From contig CACISX010000004.1 in the NCBI GenBank assembly GCA_902589455.1, forward strand, positions 6,445 through 70,444: 64,000 nt of DNA. The letters run 5' to 3'. The position numbers and the translations under genes are program-made. This DNA comes from an uncultured Pelagibacteraceae bacterium (GTDB lineage Bacteria; Pseudomonadota; Alphaproteobacteria; Pelagibacterales; Pelagibacteraceae). The notes beneath the pieces were generated by a model, which saw only the letters and a program-made list of their open reading frames with translations, did no database searches and had not been told where the DNA came from. Below, one piece after another: positions 9,667 through 19,682 of the stretch; position 1 is the stretch's first letter; each line of letters opens with the position of its first letter.

Positions 9667-11436
9667 ATGTGTGGATTTATTGTTTATTTTGATAAAAAAA
9701 AAGTTGATTTTAAATCAAAACTTAAATCAGCTTTAGATCTTATCAAGCACCGTGGACCTAATGATACACAAATTATAACTGAAAAAAATTTTGGATTAGG
9801 ATTTGCAAGACTTTCAATTCAAGATACATCTATAAAAGGTCGTCAACCAATGGTTTCTCAAAATAAAAGATATATTTTGGTTTTCAATGGTGAAATTTAT
9901 AACTTTAAGGAATTACGTAAAAAATTAATATTAAAAGGGGCAAGTTTTAAATCAAATAGTGACACAGAAGTTCTTCTTAAATTATATGAATATGAAGGAG
10001 AAAGTTTTATACACAAAATTGATGGGATGTTTTCCATAGTAATAATTGATAAGATCAAGAATCGTCTCTTTCTTGCTAGAGATAGATTTGGAATCAAACC
10101 ACTATACTTGTACAAAAATAAAAATACTTTTTTTATATCTAGTGAAATAAAAGCTTTTATACCTTTTTCATTAGAAGATAGTAGCTGGTCATTTAATTCT
10201 AGTTTTTTAAAAGAATATATAATGTTTAGAGATTTAACTGGGGAAAATACTTTTATTCAAAATGTTAAAAAAATTCTTCCTGGCTATACTATGAAAATTG
10301 ATCAAAATTTAAATATAACAAAAAAAAGATATTTTAATTTATCAGTACCAAATCTTAAAATTAATAAATTATCAATTGATGAAAATGTGGAGTATCTGGA
10401 AGAATTGCTTATAAAAAATGTTAAAAGTCATTTAATTTCTGACGTTCCAATTGCAACTACTCTAAGCGGTGGAGTTGACTCATCTCTTTTAACGGCACTA
10501 ACTACAAAATATAATAATTCAAAAATAACAACTTATTCAATTATATTTGAAGAAAATAAAAGTAATGGAAGAACTATAGACGAGTCAAAATATATTAATA
10601 AATTTTATTCATTGTATAGTACAAAAAGAAAAAATATTATTTTAAATTCAAAAAAACTTTCTAATATTTGGAATAAATTGGTATGGCATAATGAGGACCC
10701 CTTAAGTTTACCAAACTCGGCAGGAATCTATTTAATTTCAAAAATTTCTAGGAGTAAACATAAAGTAATTATTGGAGGCGAAGGTGCTGATGAGGTTTTT
10801 GCTGGATATGATACTTTTAGAGATAAAAATATTAGCATTCTAGAAGGGAATTATGTAAATCAAAATATTGATTCTATATTTAAAGATCATCAATCTCCAT
10901 TAATTTTTAGAGAGAATATTTTAAAAAAATTTGAAAATTATAGTTTAAAAAACAAAATGTCATTTATTCTAAATACAAAATTACAAACTCTTAATAACAG
11001 ACTTGATAAAATGTCAATGGCATCTGGAGTAGAATTTAGAGTTCCATTTCAAACTAAATCACTATTAGATTTTTCTGCCTCACTTCCTGATAATCAATTA
11101 GTGAATAATAATGTTTGTAAATTTATATTAAAAAAATTAGCAGAAAAATATCTTCCTAAAAGTATTATTTATAGAAAAAAAATAGGTTTTTCAGTACCAA
11201 TAAATATGTGGTTAAAAAAAAAAGAATTTACTCATCACATAGAGGAAATTTTTAATGAAAAAAGTATTTTAAAAGATTTATTTAAGCAAGAATTTCTTGA
11301 TAAAACACAATTTGAATTCTTTAATAAAAAAGACTCTTTTATTAATTCTAATTCAAATAAACTATGGATGCTCGCAAATATTCAAAAATTTCATTCTATG
11401 TTTATAAAGAATAGAAAACAAACTTTGTATAAGTGA
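9667..11436 (+). CDS. asnB: Asparagine synthetase (glutamine-hydrolysing) family amidotransferase
   Basis: N-terminal MCG nucleophile, [55 protein letters not shown]. Confidence 0.88.
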   Translation: MCGFIVYFDKKKVDFKSKLKSALDLIKHRGPNDTQIITEKNFGLGFARLSIQDTSIKGRQPMVSQNKRYILVFNGEIYNFKELRKKLILKGASFKSNSDTEVLLKLYEYEGESFIHKIDGMFSIVIIDKIKNRLFLARDRFGIKPLYLYKNKNTFFISSEIKAFIPFSLEDSSWSFNSSFLKEYIMFRDLTGENTFIQNVKKILPGYTMKIDQNLNITKKRYFNLSVPNLKINKLSIDENVEYLEELLIKNVKSHLISDVPIATTLSGGVDSSLLTALTTKYNNSKITTYSIIFEENKSNGRTIDESKYINKFYSLYSTKRKNIILNSKKLSNIWNKLVWHNEDPLSLPNSAGIYLISKISRSKHKVIIGGEGADEVFAGYDTFRDKNISILEGNYVNQNIDSIFKDHQSPLIFRENILKKFENYSLKNKMSFILNTKLQTLNNRLDKMSMASGVEFRVPFQTKSLLDFSASLPDNQLVNNNVCKFILKKLAEKYLPKSIIYRKKIGFSVPINMWLKKKEFTHHIEEIFNEKSILKDLFKQEFLDKTQFEFFNKKDSFINSNSNKLWMLANIQKFHSMFIKNRKQTLYK

Positions 11437-11488
11437 TTAAAAAATAAATTAATGAAAAGAATAGAGATAAAACAAGAATTTAAGTTGT

Positions 11489-11545
11489 ATGAACAAAGAA
11501 AACGCAAGTAAACTCTGGAAAATTATTCAGGAAGCTGGCGATTAT
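11489..11545 (+). repeat. Degenerate direct repeat, copy 2 (5' end of the intact small gene)
   Basis: See 9450-9506. Confidence 0.8.
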
Positions 11546-11716
11546 TTGGTAGGACAATTACCCAATCATCCAAATCACCCTAAAGGAAGAAACCCTTATG
11601 CTCATGTTGCTATATGTGTGAAAAGCAAATTCAATGCAAGTTATAAAGACATTCCTGATGAAGAGTATGATGAAGTTATAAAATATATTGAGTTTTTAAA
11701 AAAAAATCCTAGTTAG
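11489..11716 (+). CDS. Small hypothetical protein
   Basis: 75 aa with a protein-like LPNHPNHPKGRNPYAH motif; ends convergently with ltaE. Confidence 0.75.
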   Translation: MNKENASKLWKIIQEAGDYLVGQLPNHPNHPKGRNPYAHVAICVKSKFNASYKDIPDEEYDEVIKYIEFLKKNPS

Positions 11717-12758
11717 TTTTAATTGTATTTAACAACTCATCAACATCACTTTCTTTAGTATTCCAAGCAGCAACTAATCTCACCGCTTTTCCATCCAATT
11801 CTTCTTCATTCATTTTATAACCCTCGGAATTCAAATGTTCGATTTTATTTCTTGGAAATTTTGCAAACACCTCGTTTGCTTCTGTGGGATAAGCAATTTC
11901 AATATCATTATGTTTACTTAATCCATCACTAAGTTTTTTTCCCATTTTATTTGCATGTTTAGCATTTCTTAACCACACATCATTTGAAATATAAGCATCT
12001 AATTGTGCTGACACAAAACGCATTTTAGATAATAAATGCCCTGCTCTTTTCATTAAAAAAGTAATATCTCCGACTAATTCTTTTTTAAAAAAAATGATTG
12101 CTTCAGCAGCTAAACAACCATTTTTTGTTGCACCAAAAGACAATACATCAATGCCGGATTTCCATGTCATTTCAGCAGGTGTTTTATCTAAGGAAACTAA
12201 CGCATTAGCAAATCTCGCTCCATCCATATGCATATTCAAATTATGCTTATGAGCAATGTCAGATATCTGTTTTATTTCATCAAGTTGATAAACTTCACCC
12301 GTCTCACAAACTTGTGTAATACTAACTGATGAGGGTTGTGTATGATGAACAATTCCTTTTCCACCTATTGATTGATCTAGCTCCTCTGCAGTTATTTTTC
12401 CCATTACTCCATTTAAAGTAATTAACTTTCCTCCTCCTGTATAAAATTCAGGTGCACCACATTCGTCAGTATTTATATGGGACATCTTATGACAATAAAT
12501 GTTTCCATAAGAAGGTGTCATTGTTGATAATGCTAAAGCATTAGCTGCAGTACCTGAGGCAGTAGGAAAAACAATGACTTCTTTTTCAAATATTTCTGAA
12601 AACTTATCTTGTAATTCGGTTGATATTGCATCATTACCATATGGCATGCTATCTCCTTCATTAGCTTTTAAAATTGCATCTAGTACTTCAGGACAAGCGC
12701 CAGCAACATTATCAGAAGCGAATTTAACTCGCTCTCTTTTAATTTTAATTTTTGCCAT
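11709..12758 (-). CDS. ltaE: Low-specificity L-threonine aldolase (PLP)
   Basis: FASDN, GTAANALAL, HINTDECGAPEF, HMDGARFANAL, SFGATKNG. Start reassigned to ATG 12758, 2 nt after the upstream stop. Confidence 0.9.
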   Translation of the reverse strand: MAKIKIKRERVKFASDNVAGACPEVLDAILKANEGDSMPYGNDAISTELQDKFSEIFEKEVIVFPTASGTAANALALSTMTPSYGNIYCHKMSHINTDECGAPEFYTGGGKLITLNGVMGKITAEELDQSIGGKGIVHHTQPSSVSITQVCETGEVYQLDEIKQISDIAHKHNLNMHMDGARFANALVSLDKTPAEMTWKSGIDVLSFGATKNGCLAAEAIIFFKKELVGDITFLMKRAGHLLSKMRFVSAQLDAYISNDVWLRNAKHANKMGKKLSDGLSKHNDIEIAYPTEANEVFAKFPRNKIEHLNSEGYKMNEEELDGKAVRLVAAWNTKESDVDELLNTIKTN

Positions 12759-12760
12759 AA

Positions 12761-13876
12761 TTATTGTTTTGGAAAGTAATCTTTGAGTTCGCCCTCTCGG
12801 AAAACATCCGCAGTACAACAATGTAGACCTCCACCAAAAGCGTAGGCATCTCTAAGTTCTACTGGTATAACTTCCATTCCTAATTTATCTAATTGTTCAG
12901 CTTGATAAGTTTCGCTTTTTTCCACACACACAGTTTTAGGATCTAGAACTAAAACATTCATTGATAGCCAAGTTGATGAATAACATAATGGTGGTGGTTC
13001 GTTATGTGCTGGTTGTGCGCTGTCTACAATTTCCCAATCATTATCTTCAAATAATTTTCTTTGTCCCTTAGGAAGTCTTCTTTGTGGGTTATTGATAATT
13101 AAACCCTCTTTTATTGGTGTAAAAGTTGCATCAATGTGAATTGGATAAGGATCACCTGGGAAGTTAACTGCATGAACTCTATGATCTTTATAATGTCTCT
13201 TTAGCCAATCAATTCCTTTCAGATTTGTTGTAAATCCATGCTGAACAACTAAATCTTTACCAAATCTTAATACGTCCGCTGCATCAAATAACGGTTCTTC
13301 ATCAGTGGTTACGAAATATTTTTTTTCAGTCCACTCTAATCTTTTTTGGACACCTATTTTATCTGATAAATAATCCTTTCTATAATCTGCATCAGTTAAT
13401 CTTGGCTTTGGAGCAGACTCGTGTCTCATGTTAGGATCTTGATTATAATAATCTTTTAGAAGTGGTCGGTAACATAAATATTCAAACCAACGACAACGAT
13501 AGCTCATTGTAGCTTCTAAAATTTCATTTCCTACTGTTAACAAAACATCTCTTGGAGGCATGCAGCCAAACATAGTTTCGGCTTCCCAATCAGGTGTTGA
13601 AGTTTTTTGATTAAAATCTATCGGCGTTGGTCGATCAACTTTAATTCCTCTTTTTTGAAGCATATTTGAAAAATCATCTAAAAGTTGATTTGCTTTATCT
13701 ACAGTATCTTTTGTTCTTGGTCCAAACTGACCTCGCATATCACTGTCTTCTGGAACTTTTGCATCTAATGCCGGTTCAGGCGCAGGTATACATGTGCCAT
13801 CTGCTCTCCCAACAATTACATGTTTTAATGGATCCCATTCGTTCCAACTATTTACAATAGTTTTGTTCTCGCTCAT
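12761..13876 (-). CDS. L-arginine:glycine amidinotransferase-like enzyme (amidinotransferase family)
   Basis: SWNEWDPLKHVIVG, MPPRD, EPLFDAAD, HIDATF, catalytic GGGLHCCT. Confidence 0.88.
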   Translation of the reverse strand: MSENKTIVNSWNEWDPLKHVIVGRADGTCIPAPEPALDAKVPEDSDMRGQFGPRTKDTVDKANQLLDDFSNMLQKRGIKVDRPTPIDFNQKTSTPDWEAETMFGCMPPRDVLLTVGNEILEATMSYRCRWFEYLCYRPLLKDYYNQDPNMRHESAPKPRLTDADYRKDYLSDKIGVQKRLEWTEKKYFVTTDEEPLFDAADVLRFGKDLVVQHGFTTNLKGIDWLKRHYKDHRVHAVNFPGDPYPIHIDATFTPIKEGLIINNPQRRLPKGQRKLFEDNDWEIVDSAQPAHNEPPPLCYSSTWLSMNVLVLDPKTVCVEKSETYQAEQLDKLGMEVIPVELRDAYAFGGGLHCCTADVFREGELKDYFPKQ

Positions 13877-13881
13877 AAAGA

Positions 13882-15099
13882 TTAGTTTTTTATAATATTA
13901 TGCTCAGGACCAAAAGGAAATTTTGTAATATTTTCTGCTCCATCTTTGCCAATCACCAAAATATCGTGTTCTCTATATCCACCTGCACCAGGATTACCTT
14001 CTGGTATCATAATCATTGGCTCCATAGACACCACCATATTTTCCTCAAGAACAGTATCAATATCTTCTCTTAATTCTAAACCAGCTTCTCTTCCATAAAA
14101 GTGTGAAAGCATACCAAATGAATGTCCATAACCAAAGGTTCGATACTGAAGGTAACCAAGCTTAGCAAATAGTTCGTTAAGCTCATGACAAATATCCGAA
14201 CATTTAACACCTGGTTTAATTAATTCTAATCCACGTTTGTGAACTTCAACATTTGCCTCCCATGCTTTAAGTGAAGCGTCATCAGCATGATCTAAGAATA
14301 AAGTTCGCTCAAGTGCAGTGTAGTATCCTGATATCATTGGAAAAGTATTTAAAGACAAAATATCTCCTTTAATTAATTTTCTATTGGTCTTTGGATTGTG
14401 AGCTCCATCTGTATTGATACCAGATTGAAACCATACCCAAGTGTCCATGTACTCTGCATCTGGATAAGTTTTAGCAATCTCTCTTTCCATTCTATCTCTT
14501 GCTGCTATTGCCACCTCAATCTCTGTATTATCTTCTCTAATATTTTTAACTATTTCTTCACCACCAATGTCTGCAATTCTTGCGCCATTTCTAATTATCT
14601 CAATTTCTTCGTCAGATTTAATCATTCTAAGTTTCATTAGATCTTTTGAAACATCGCTAAATACAGAGAAAGTAAAGATAGATCCTATTTTTTCTCGCAT
14701 ATCTAATGTGACATGATCATTTTCAATTCCAATATTTTTTGGTGGATCATCTCTTCCAATAATTGAAACAATGGCTCTTAAAAAATTATCTCTTTTCCAA
14801 TCAGTATAAATTACGTTATCACAATGAGATCTACGCCATGGTTGACTTGCATCAATGTTAGCTGAAATTGTTGAGATTTTATTTTGAGTGATCACACATC
14901 CGTATGGTCTTCCAAAAGAGCAATAAATAAAACCTGTGTAATATGCAACGTTATGCATTGAGGTTAAGATAACCATATCGAGACCATCTTGGTCCATCAC
15001 TGATCTAAGTTTACTTACTCGATCGTTATATTCTTTATCTGTAAAAGGTAATTTTACTTTTTCACCGTTTTTAAGCTCAAAAAAATCTGGTCGTTCCAT
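13882..15099 (-). CDS. Creatinase (creatine amidinohydrolase, M24 fold)
   Basis: NGEKVKLPF, YCSFGRPY, QPWRR, YTDWKRDNF, DTWVWFQSGINTDGAHN, GREAGLELREDI, GGYREHDIL. Confidence 0.92.
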   Translation of the reverse strand: MERPDFFELKNGEKVKLPFTDKEYNDRVSKLRSVMDQDGLDMVILTSMHNVAYYTGFIYCSFGRPYGCVITQNKISTISANIDASQPWRRSHCDNVIYTDWKRDNFLRAIVSIIGRDDPPKNIGIENDHVTLDMREKIGSIFTFSVFSDVSKDLMKLRMIKSDEEIEIIRNGARIADIGGEEIVKNIREDNTEIEVAIAARDRMEREIAKTYPDAEYMDTWVWFQSGINTDGAHNPKTNRKLIKGDILSLNTFPMISGYYTALERTLFLDHADDASLKAWEANVEVHKRGLELIKPGVKCSDICHELNELFAKLGYLQYRTFGYGHSFGMLSHFYGREAGLELREDIDTVLEENMVVSMEPMIMIPEGNPGAGGYREHDILVIGKDGAENITKFPFGPEHNIIKN

Positions 15100-15100
15100 A

Positions 15101-16006
15101 TTAATTTAATGCTATATATCTTTTATTCCATCTCATTATTAAACTGTAATAAAATATAGATACGAAAAGAAAAAAACCGCCGATTATAGTATTTGTGGAT
15201 GGCACTTCATTAATGCCAAATAATGGTAACCAAACCCAAAAAATTCCACCTACAACTTCAGTTAAAGATAATAAAGTCAATTCTGCTGCTGGTATCGCTT
15301 TAGATCCAATTGAATATAAAATTAAACCAAAACAAACTAGTGTCCCATGCAAAGAAAATAAAGCTCCGTTATAGCTAGATGAAAAGAAAACTAAGTTTTT
15401 TGATAAAATCATAATTGTTGCAAACACAAAACAAAAAAAACCTGCAAAAGCTACTGTTGTGAATTTTGGTGTTTCTTTTCTCCATCTAAGAGTTACAGAA
15501 AAAACTGAGAAACCAATTGAAGAAGTTAAACCAAACACGAAACCAATTAATGATTTTTCACCGGTGTTTCCAAGTGCCATAATAATGATACCAACTGTTG
15601 CAATTATTATTGATATCCACACATTAAGAGAAATTTTTTCTCTTAAAAATAAAAATGCCAATAATGCTGTAAAAAAGGGCATTGCTGCTAAACAAAGCAA
15701 AGTAACTGCAGCACTAGTATTTGTAATTGAATAAATAAATGTAATCATAGCGATCCCCAATCCAGATCCACCGATTACTCCAGATAAACCTATTTTATAA
15801 TAATTTTTGTAAAAATTTTTTCCTTCCTCGAAAAATAAATAAAGATTTAATAAGATAAAAATTGTTAAACCTCTGCCAAAAATGTACTGCCAAGGTACCA
15901 ATTGAGGGTTATCCATATATCGAACTACTAATGGGCCAAACGACCATAATAGACCAGCAAAAAGTACAACGGGAATGGCTATTCTTGGATTTCTCAACTC
16001 TAACAT
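15101..16006 (-). CDS. DMT/EamA family membrane transporter
   Basis: About 10 TM; FLREKIS, IPAAELTLLSLTEVVGG; 1 nt upstream of the creatinase start. Confidence 0.85.
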   Translation of the reverse strand: MLELRNPRIAIPVVLFAGLLWSFGPLVVRYMDNPQLVPWQYIFGRGLTIFILLNLYLFFEEGKNFYKNYYKIGLSGVIGGSGLGIAMITFIYSITNTSAAVTLLCLAAMPFFTALLAFLFLREKISLNVWISIIIATVGIIIMALGNTGEKSLIGFVFGLTSSIGFSVFSVTLRWRKETPKFTTVAFAGFFCFVFATIMILSKNLVFFSSSYNGALFSLHGTLVCFGLILYSIGSKAIPAAELTLLSLTEVVGGIFWVWLPLFGINEVPSTNTIIGGFFLFVSIFYYSLIMRWNKRYIALN

Positions 16007-16055
16007 ATTCAGAAATCTAATTGTAAATAGAATTTTCTACAACAAAAATACGTTT

Positions 16056-17300
16056 CTAAACTAAATTTTGATTTGAAAGGTTGGGGAAAAAGCAATCAAC
16101 GATATCTCCCTTTTTAAATTTTGATTTACCAGCTGGTAGCAAAACCCAAATATTTGATTTTACAAATGATTTAATTCTAAAAGACTCTTGACCTTTTAAA
16201 ATTTCAACATTTAGTTTTCCATTTTTAGTTGTGCTTAATTGGCTCTTTACAAATCTTGTGAAATTCTTTTTTTTATCAAATCCATTTGTCAAACTAGCTT
16301 TAATTGATTTTTCTTCTGATAATCCTAAAGCATTTAAAATATATGGAATTACAAAAAATCTAAAACATGCGGCTGAAGAGATTGGATTTCCAGGGAGTCC
16401 AAATATTGCCTTTTCTTTTCCTTTAATTTTCGCAAACATTATTGGTTTACCAGGCCTTATTGCAGCACTTTTAAAATAGCTTGATAACTTAAATTTTTTA
16501 ACAACATCAGGTATAAAATCAAACTTACCTGCAGACACTGCACCTGACGTAATAATAATATCATCTTTAGATTTAATTAATTTATTTATTTTTTGTTTAA
16601 AAATATTTTGATGATTATCTCTTAATATACTTCCACTTTTAAAATTAAATAAAAAATTTTGATTTAAGTTTTTAATATAATGTGTGTTAGAATTTCTTAC
16701 CATCCAATTTGGAATATTATCTTTGTCTGATATTTCGTTTCCAGTTGAAAAAAATAATATATTAATCTTTTTTTTTACTTTAATTTTTTTAATACCTAAA
16801 CTTTTAAAAGCTAGAATATGGTTTGGTTGAACAATTGTATTTTTTTTTATTACAGCCTCCCCTTTTTTATAATCTGAACCCGCAAACCTAACGTGACTAA
16901 ATTTTTTTATTTTTTGGTCAATTAAAATATATTTTTTATTAGACACAAAAATTATTTGTTCTATAGGAATAATTGTATCAAAACCCTTTGGAATAATTCC
17001 TCCGGTCATTATTTCAGCAGTATCAAATTTTTTTATTTTTTTTTTAAGCGGTTTCATTCCTGCTGCAATTGATCCAATAATTTTAAATTTTTTTGGGAAT
17101 TTTTTTTTTAATCCATTAGTATCTTTTGAATTAATTGCGTACCCATCAAATGCAGCGTTATCTCCTGCTGGATAATTTATTTTAGAGTAAATGTTGTTGG
17201 AAACTACTCTATTTAGGGAATTTATACTCTTTATAGTTTCGTCTTTAATTTTAATTTTGGCTTTTTTTAAAATTGTTTTTGATTTTTCGTAACTAATCAT
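16056..17300 (-). CDS. moeA: Molybdopterin molybdotransferase
   Basis: AAFDGYA, IMTGG.IP.G.D, STGNE, SGAVSAGKFD, RPGKP, GLPGNPIS. Confidence 0.92.
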   Translation of the reverse strand: MISYEKSKTILKKAKIKIKDETIKSINSLNRVVSNNIYSKINYPAGDNAAFDGYAINSKDTNGLKKKFPKKFKIIGSIAAGMKPLKKKIKKFDTAEIMTGGIIPKGFDTIIPIEQIIFVSNKKYILIDQKIKKFSHVRFAGSDYKKGEAVIKKNTIVQPNHILAFKSLGIKKIKVKKKINILFFSTGNEISDKDNIPNWMVRNSNTHYIKNLNQNFLFNFKSGSILRDNHQNIFKQKINKLIKSKDDIIITSGAVSAGKFDFIPDVVKKFKLSSYFKSAAIRPGKPIMFAKIKGKEKAIFGLPGNPISSAACFRFFVIPYILNALGLSEEKSIKASLTNGFDKKKNFTRFVKSQLSTTKNGKLNVEILKGQESFRIKSFVKSNIWVLLPAGKSKFKKGDIVDCFFPNLSNQNLV

Positions 17301-17901
17301 TTTTGAATATTTCTTCAGCTTTTTTTAAATCTTCTTTTGTATTTATATTAAAGAAAGGATCATTATTTGAAAACTCCATATTAATTATTTTTACCCCAGT
17401 ATTATTAGCCCACAACTCTACTTTTCTTTCTCCATTATTTAGATCCTTCTCTAACTTATCTAATAAATTAATCGACCATAAGCCAAATATATTATGTCGT
17501 GTGTTGTTTGACTTAATGAAAAATAAATCACTTTCATTGAAATTAATATTTTGAATAAAATCTTTAAGTATTTGTCTCTTAAAAAAAGGCGTATCTACAG
17601 GAAAAGTTGCTATCCATTTGTAGTCTTTTTGATTTTCTTTAATCCATTTCATAGCTGATAAAACTCCTCCTAACGGACCAAGACCTTTTTCAAAATCTTC
17701 AATTATTGAAATTTTTTCTGAGTTATGAAAATTAATTTTATTATTTGATACTATTAAGAGTTCCTTGAATTCATCAATTATTTCAGTCAACATGTGATCA
17801 ATTAACAATTTACCAGCTAACTTTACTTGGGATTTATCTTCTCCAAACCTTTGTGACTTACCGCCTGCTAGCACAGTGCCTAAAATATTGTTATGATCCA
17901 T
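17293..17901 (-). CDS. mobA: Molybdenum cofactor guanylyltransferase
   Basis: LAGGKSQRFGEDK, GPLGG, PVDTP, FFNINT..DL. Confidence 0.92.
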   Translation of the reverse strand: MDHNNILGTVLAGGKSQRFGEDKSQVKLAGKLLIDHMLTEIIDEFKELLIVSNNKINFHNSEKISIIEDFEKGLGPLGGVLSAMKWIKENQKDYKWIATFPVDTPFFKRQILKDFIQNINFNESDLFFIKSNNTRHNIFGLWSINLLDKLEKDLNNGERKVELWANNTGVKIINMEFSNNDPFFNINTKEDLKKAEEIFKND

Positions 17902-17944
17902 TAATCAAAATATAAAACATTAAAAGTTGAATTAAAGAAATTAA

Positions 17945-18343
17945 ATGGATTTAAGAATTTTAGAAATCGCATCACACACGGAAAACAATAAAGTTCTCGA
18001 AAACTATACTCATAAATCAAAAAACAAAAATCCAATATGTGGTGATGAGATGGAAATAAGTCTTATTGTTAAAGACGAGGTTGTAAAAGATATGGGATAT
18101 CAATGCAAATCGTGTGTTTATTGCCAGGCCTCCGTTAGTTTACTATCAAGAAAAATTAAGGAAAAAAATATAAAGGAGATTAAAGATTTTATTACAATTG
18201 GAGAACAACTTTTTGATAATGTTAAGGTAAATTTAGAAAAACATTGGAAAGATTTTAAAGAAATCTTAGATAAAAAAAACCTTTCTCGTAAAGAATGTTT
18301 GTTATTGCCTTTAAAAACTGTTTTGAAAGCTTTAAAAATTTAA
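17945..18343 (+). CDS. IscU/SufU (NifU N-terminal) family Fe-S/sulfur-transfer protein
   Basis: NPICGD, CVYCQAS, RKECLLLP Cys motifs. Confidence 0.8.
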   Translation: MDLRILEIASHTENNKVLENYTHKSKNKNPICGDEMEISLIVKDEVVKDMGYQCKSCVYCQASVSLLSRKIKEKNIKEIKDFITIGEQLFDNVKVNLEKHWKDFKEILDKKNLSRKECLLLPLKTVLKALKI

Positions 18344-18820
18344 ATGATTAAAATCACTAAACCAATTTTACAAAAAGCATTAATTGCAGGTTTTTTTTCA
18401 GCCTTCACAATTGGTGTGCTAACAGTCCTTACTTATAAAAGTACACTCGGATATTTTATTGCAGCTTCATTCGGTTCCTCAATGGTTTTACTATTTGGTT
18501 TTCCTGAAAGCCCATTTGCACAACCAAAGAATGTTTTTTTTGGACATTCGGTAACAGCTTTAGTAGGAGTAATTTTTGTAAATTATATTCCGTTACCTAT
18601 TTATATCAGTATTGCAATTGCTGTTGGAGCAGGAGTTTTTTTAATGATTTTATTTAATATTGTCCATCCACCTGCTGGTGGAAATCCAATTATAGTTATT
18701 ATTGGGAGCGCCTCTTATGATTATTTAATTAATCCAATAATTTTTGGTAGTATAATTATATTGTTACTAGCAATCATAATTAACAAATATTTATTAAAAA
18801 ATAACTATCCATTAAAATAG
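18344..18820 (+). CDS. HPP family membrane protein
   Basis: ASFGSS, PESPFAQPKN, HPPAGG. Confidence 0.9.
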   Translation: MIKITKPILQKALIAGFFSAFTIGVLTVLTYKSTLGYFIAASFGSSMVLLFGFPESPFAQPKNVFFGHSVTALVGVIFVNYIPLPIYISIAIAVGAGVFLMILFNIVHPPAGGNPIIVIIGSASYDYLINPIIFGSIIILLLAIIINKYLLKNNYPLK

Positions 18821-18824
18821 TTTT

Positions 18825-19664
18825 ATGAATTCCAAATACAAAGTTTTAAAATATTCATCTAATAAGTTTGAAAATATAGATGACTTAATTTCAATCGAAG
18901 AACCATTGGAGATTTCATTGAAATATAAAGAATCTGATAAATGGATAAATCAAAGTTTATCTATAACAATGAGAACTCCAGGTTATGATGAGGATCTTGT
19001 AAGAGGATTTTTATATAATGAACAAATTATAACAGATATTAGTGATATTGATTCAATAGAAAGTTATGGAGATAAAGTTGGTCAATACAATATTCAAAAT
19101 AAAATATTAGCAACTTTAAATAATTCTAAAAATATAAATATTTCAAAAATAAAAAGAGATTTTTTAACTAATTCCTCATGTGGTGTATGTGGAAAATCCT
19201 CTCTTGATGCTCTAGAAATAATTAAAAAAAATAAAACAAATTCATCAGAACCTAAAATCAAAAAAGAGGTAATTGTTAAATCACCAGATATATTGAGAGA
19301 AGGCCAATCAGAATTCAGTAAAACAGGTGGAATTCATGCAAGTGGTCTTTTTAATAGCAATGGAGAATTGGTTGCTGTCAGAGAGGATGTAGGAAGACAC
19401 AATGCTTTAGATAAACTTATTGGTTTTGCATTAAAGAACAATCAAATTGATCCGAAAAACCAATTTATAACATGCTCAGGCAGACTTAATTTTGAATTGG
19501 TTCAAAAGGTCTTGATGACTGATATAGGTATAATGATAGGTGTTGGTGCGCCAACTAGTCTAGCTATTGATTTAGCGAATAAATTTGACATTACCCTTGT
19601 TGGTTTCGTAAAGAGGGACAGTTTTAATATTTACACAAATAACAAAAAAGTTATTGTGGGCTAA
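18825..19664 (+). CDS. fdhD: Formate dehydrogenase accessory sulfurtransferase
   Basis: EEPLEI, TMRTPG, SSCGVCG, TGGIHA, EDVGRHNALDK. Confidence 0.93.
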   Translation: MNSKYKVLKYSSNKFENIDDLISIEEPLEISLKYKESDKWINQSLSITMRTPGYDEDLVRGFLYNEQIITDISDIDSIESYGDKVGQYNIQNKILATLNNSKNINISKIKRDFLTNSSCGVCGKSSLDALEIIKKNKTNSSEPKIKKEVIVKSPDILREGQSEFSKTGGIHASGLFNSNGELVAVREDVGRHNALDKLIGFALKNNQIDPKNQFITCSGRLNFELVQKVLMTDIGIMIGVGAPTSLAIDLANKFDITLVGFVKRDSFNIYTNNKKVIVG

Positions 19665-19682
19665 ATTAATAAAAGGGTATTT

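Noticed and set aside
12759-12821. ORF-track N-terminal extension of ltaE (likewise 26663-26716, 46446-46457, 38695-38718)
   Set aside because: The first three extensions overlap the upstream genes and the pxpA one leaves only 3 nt to the divergent pxpB start. Downstream ATGs match the family N-termini.
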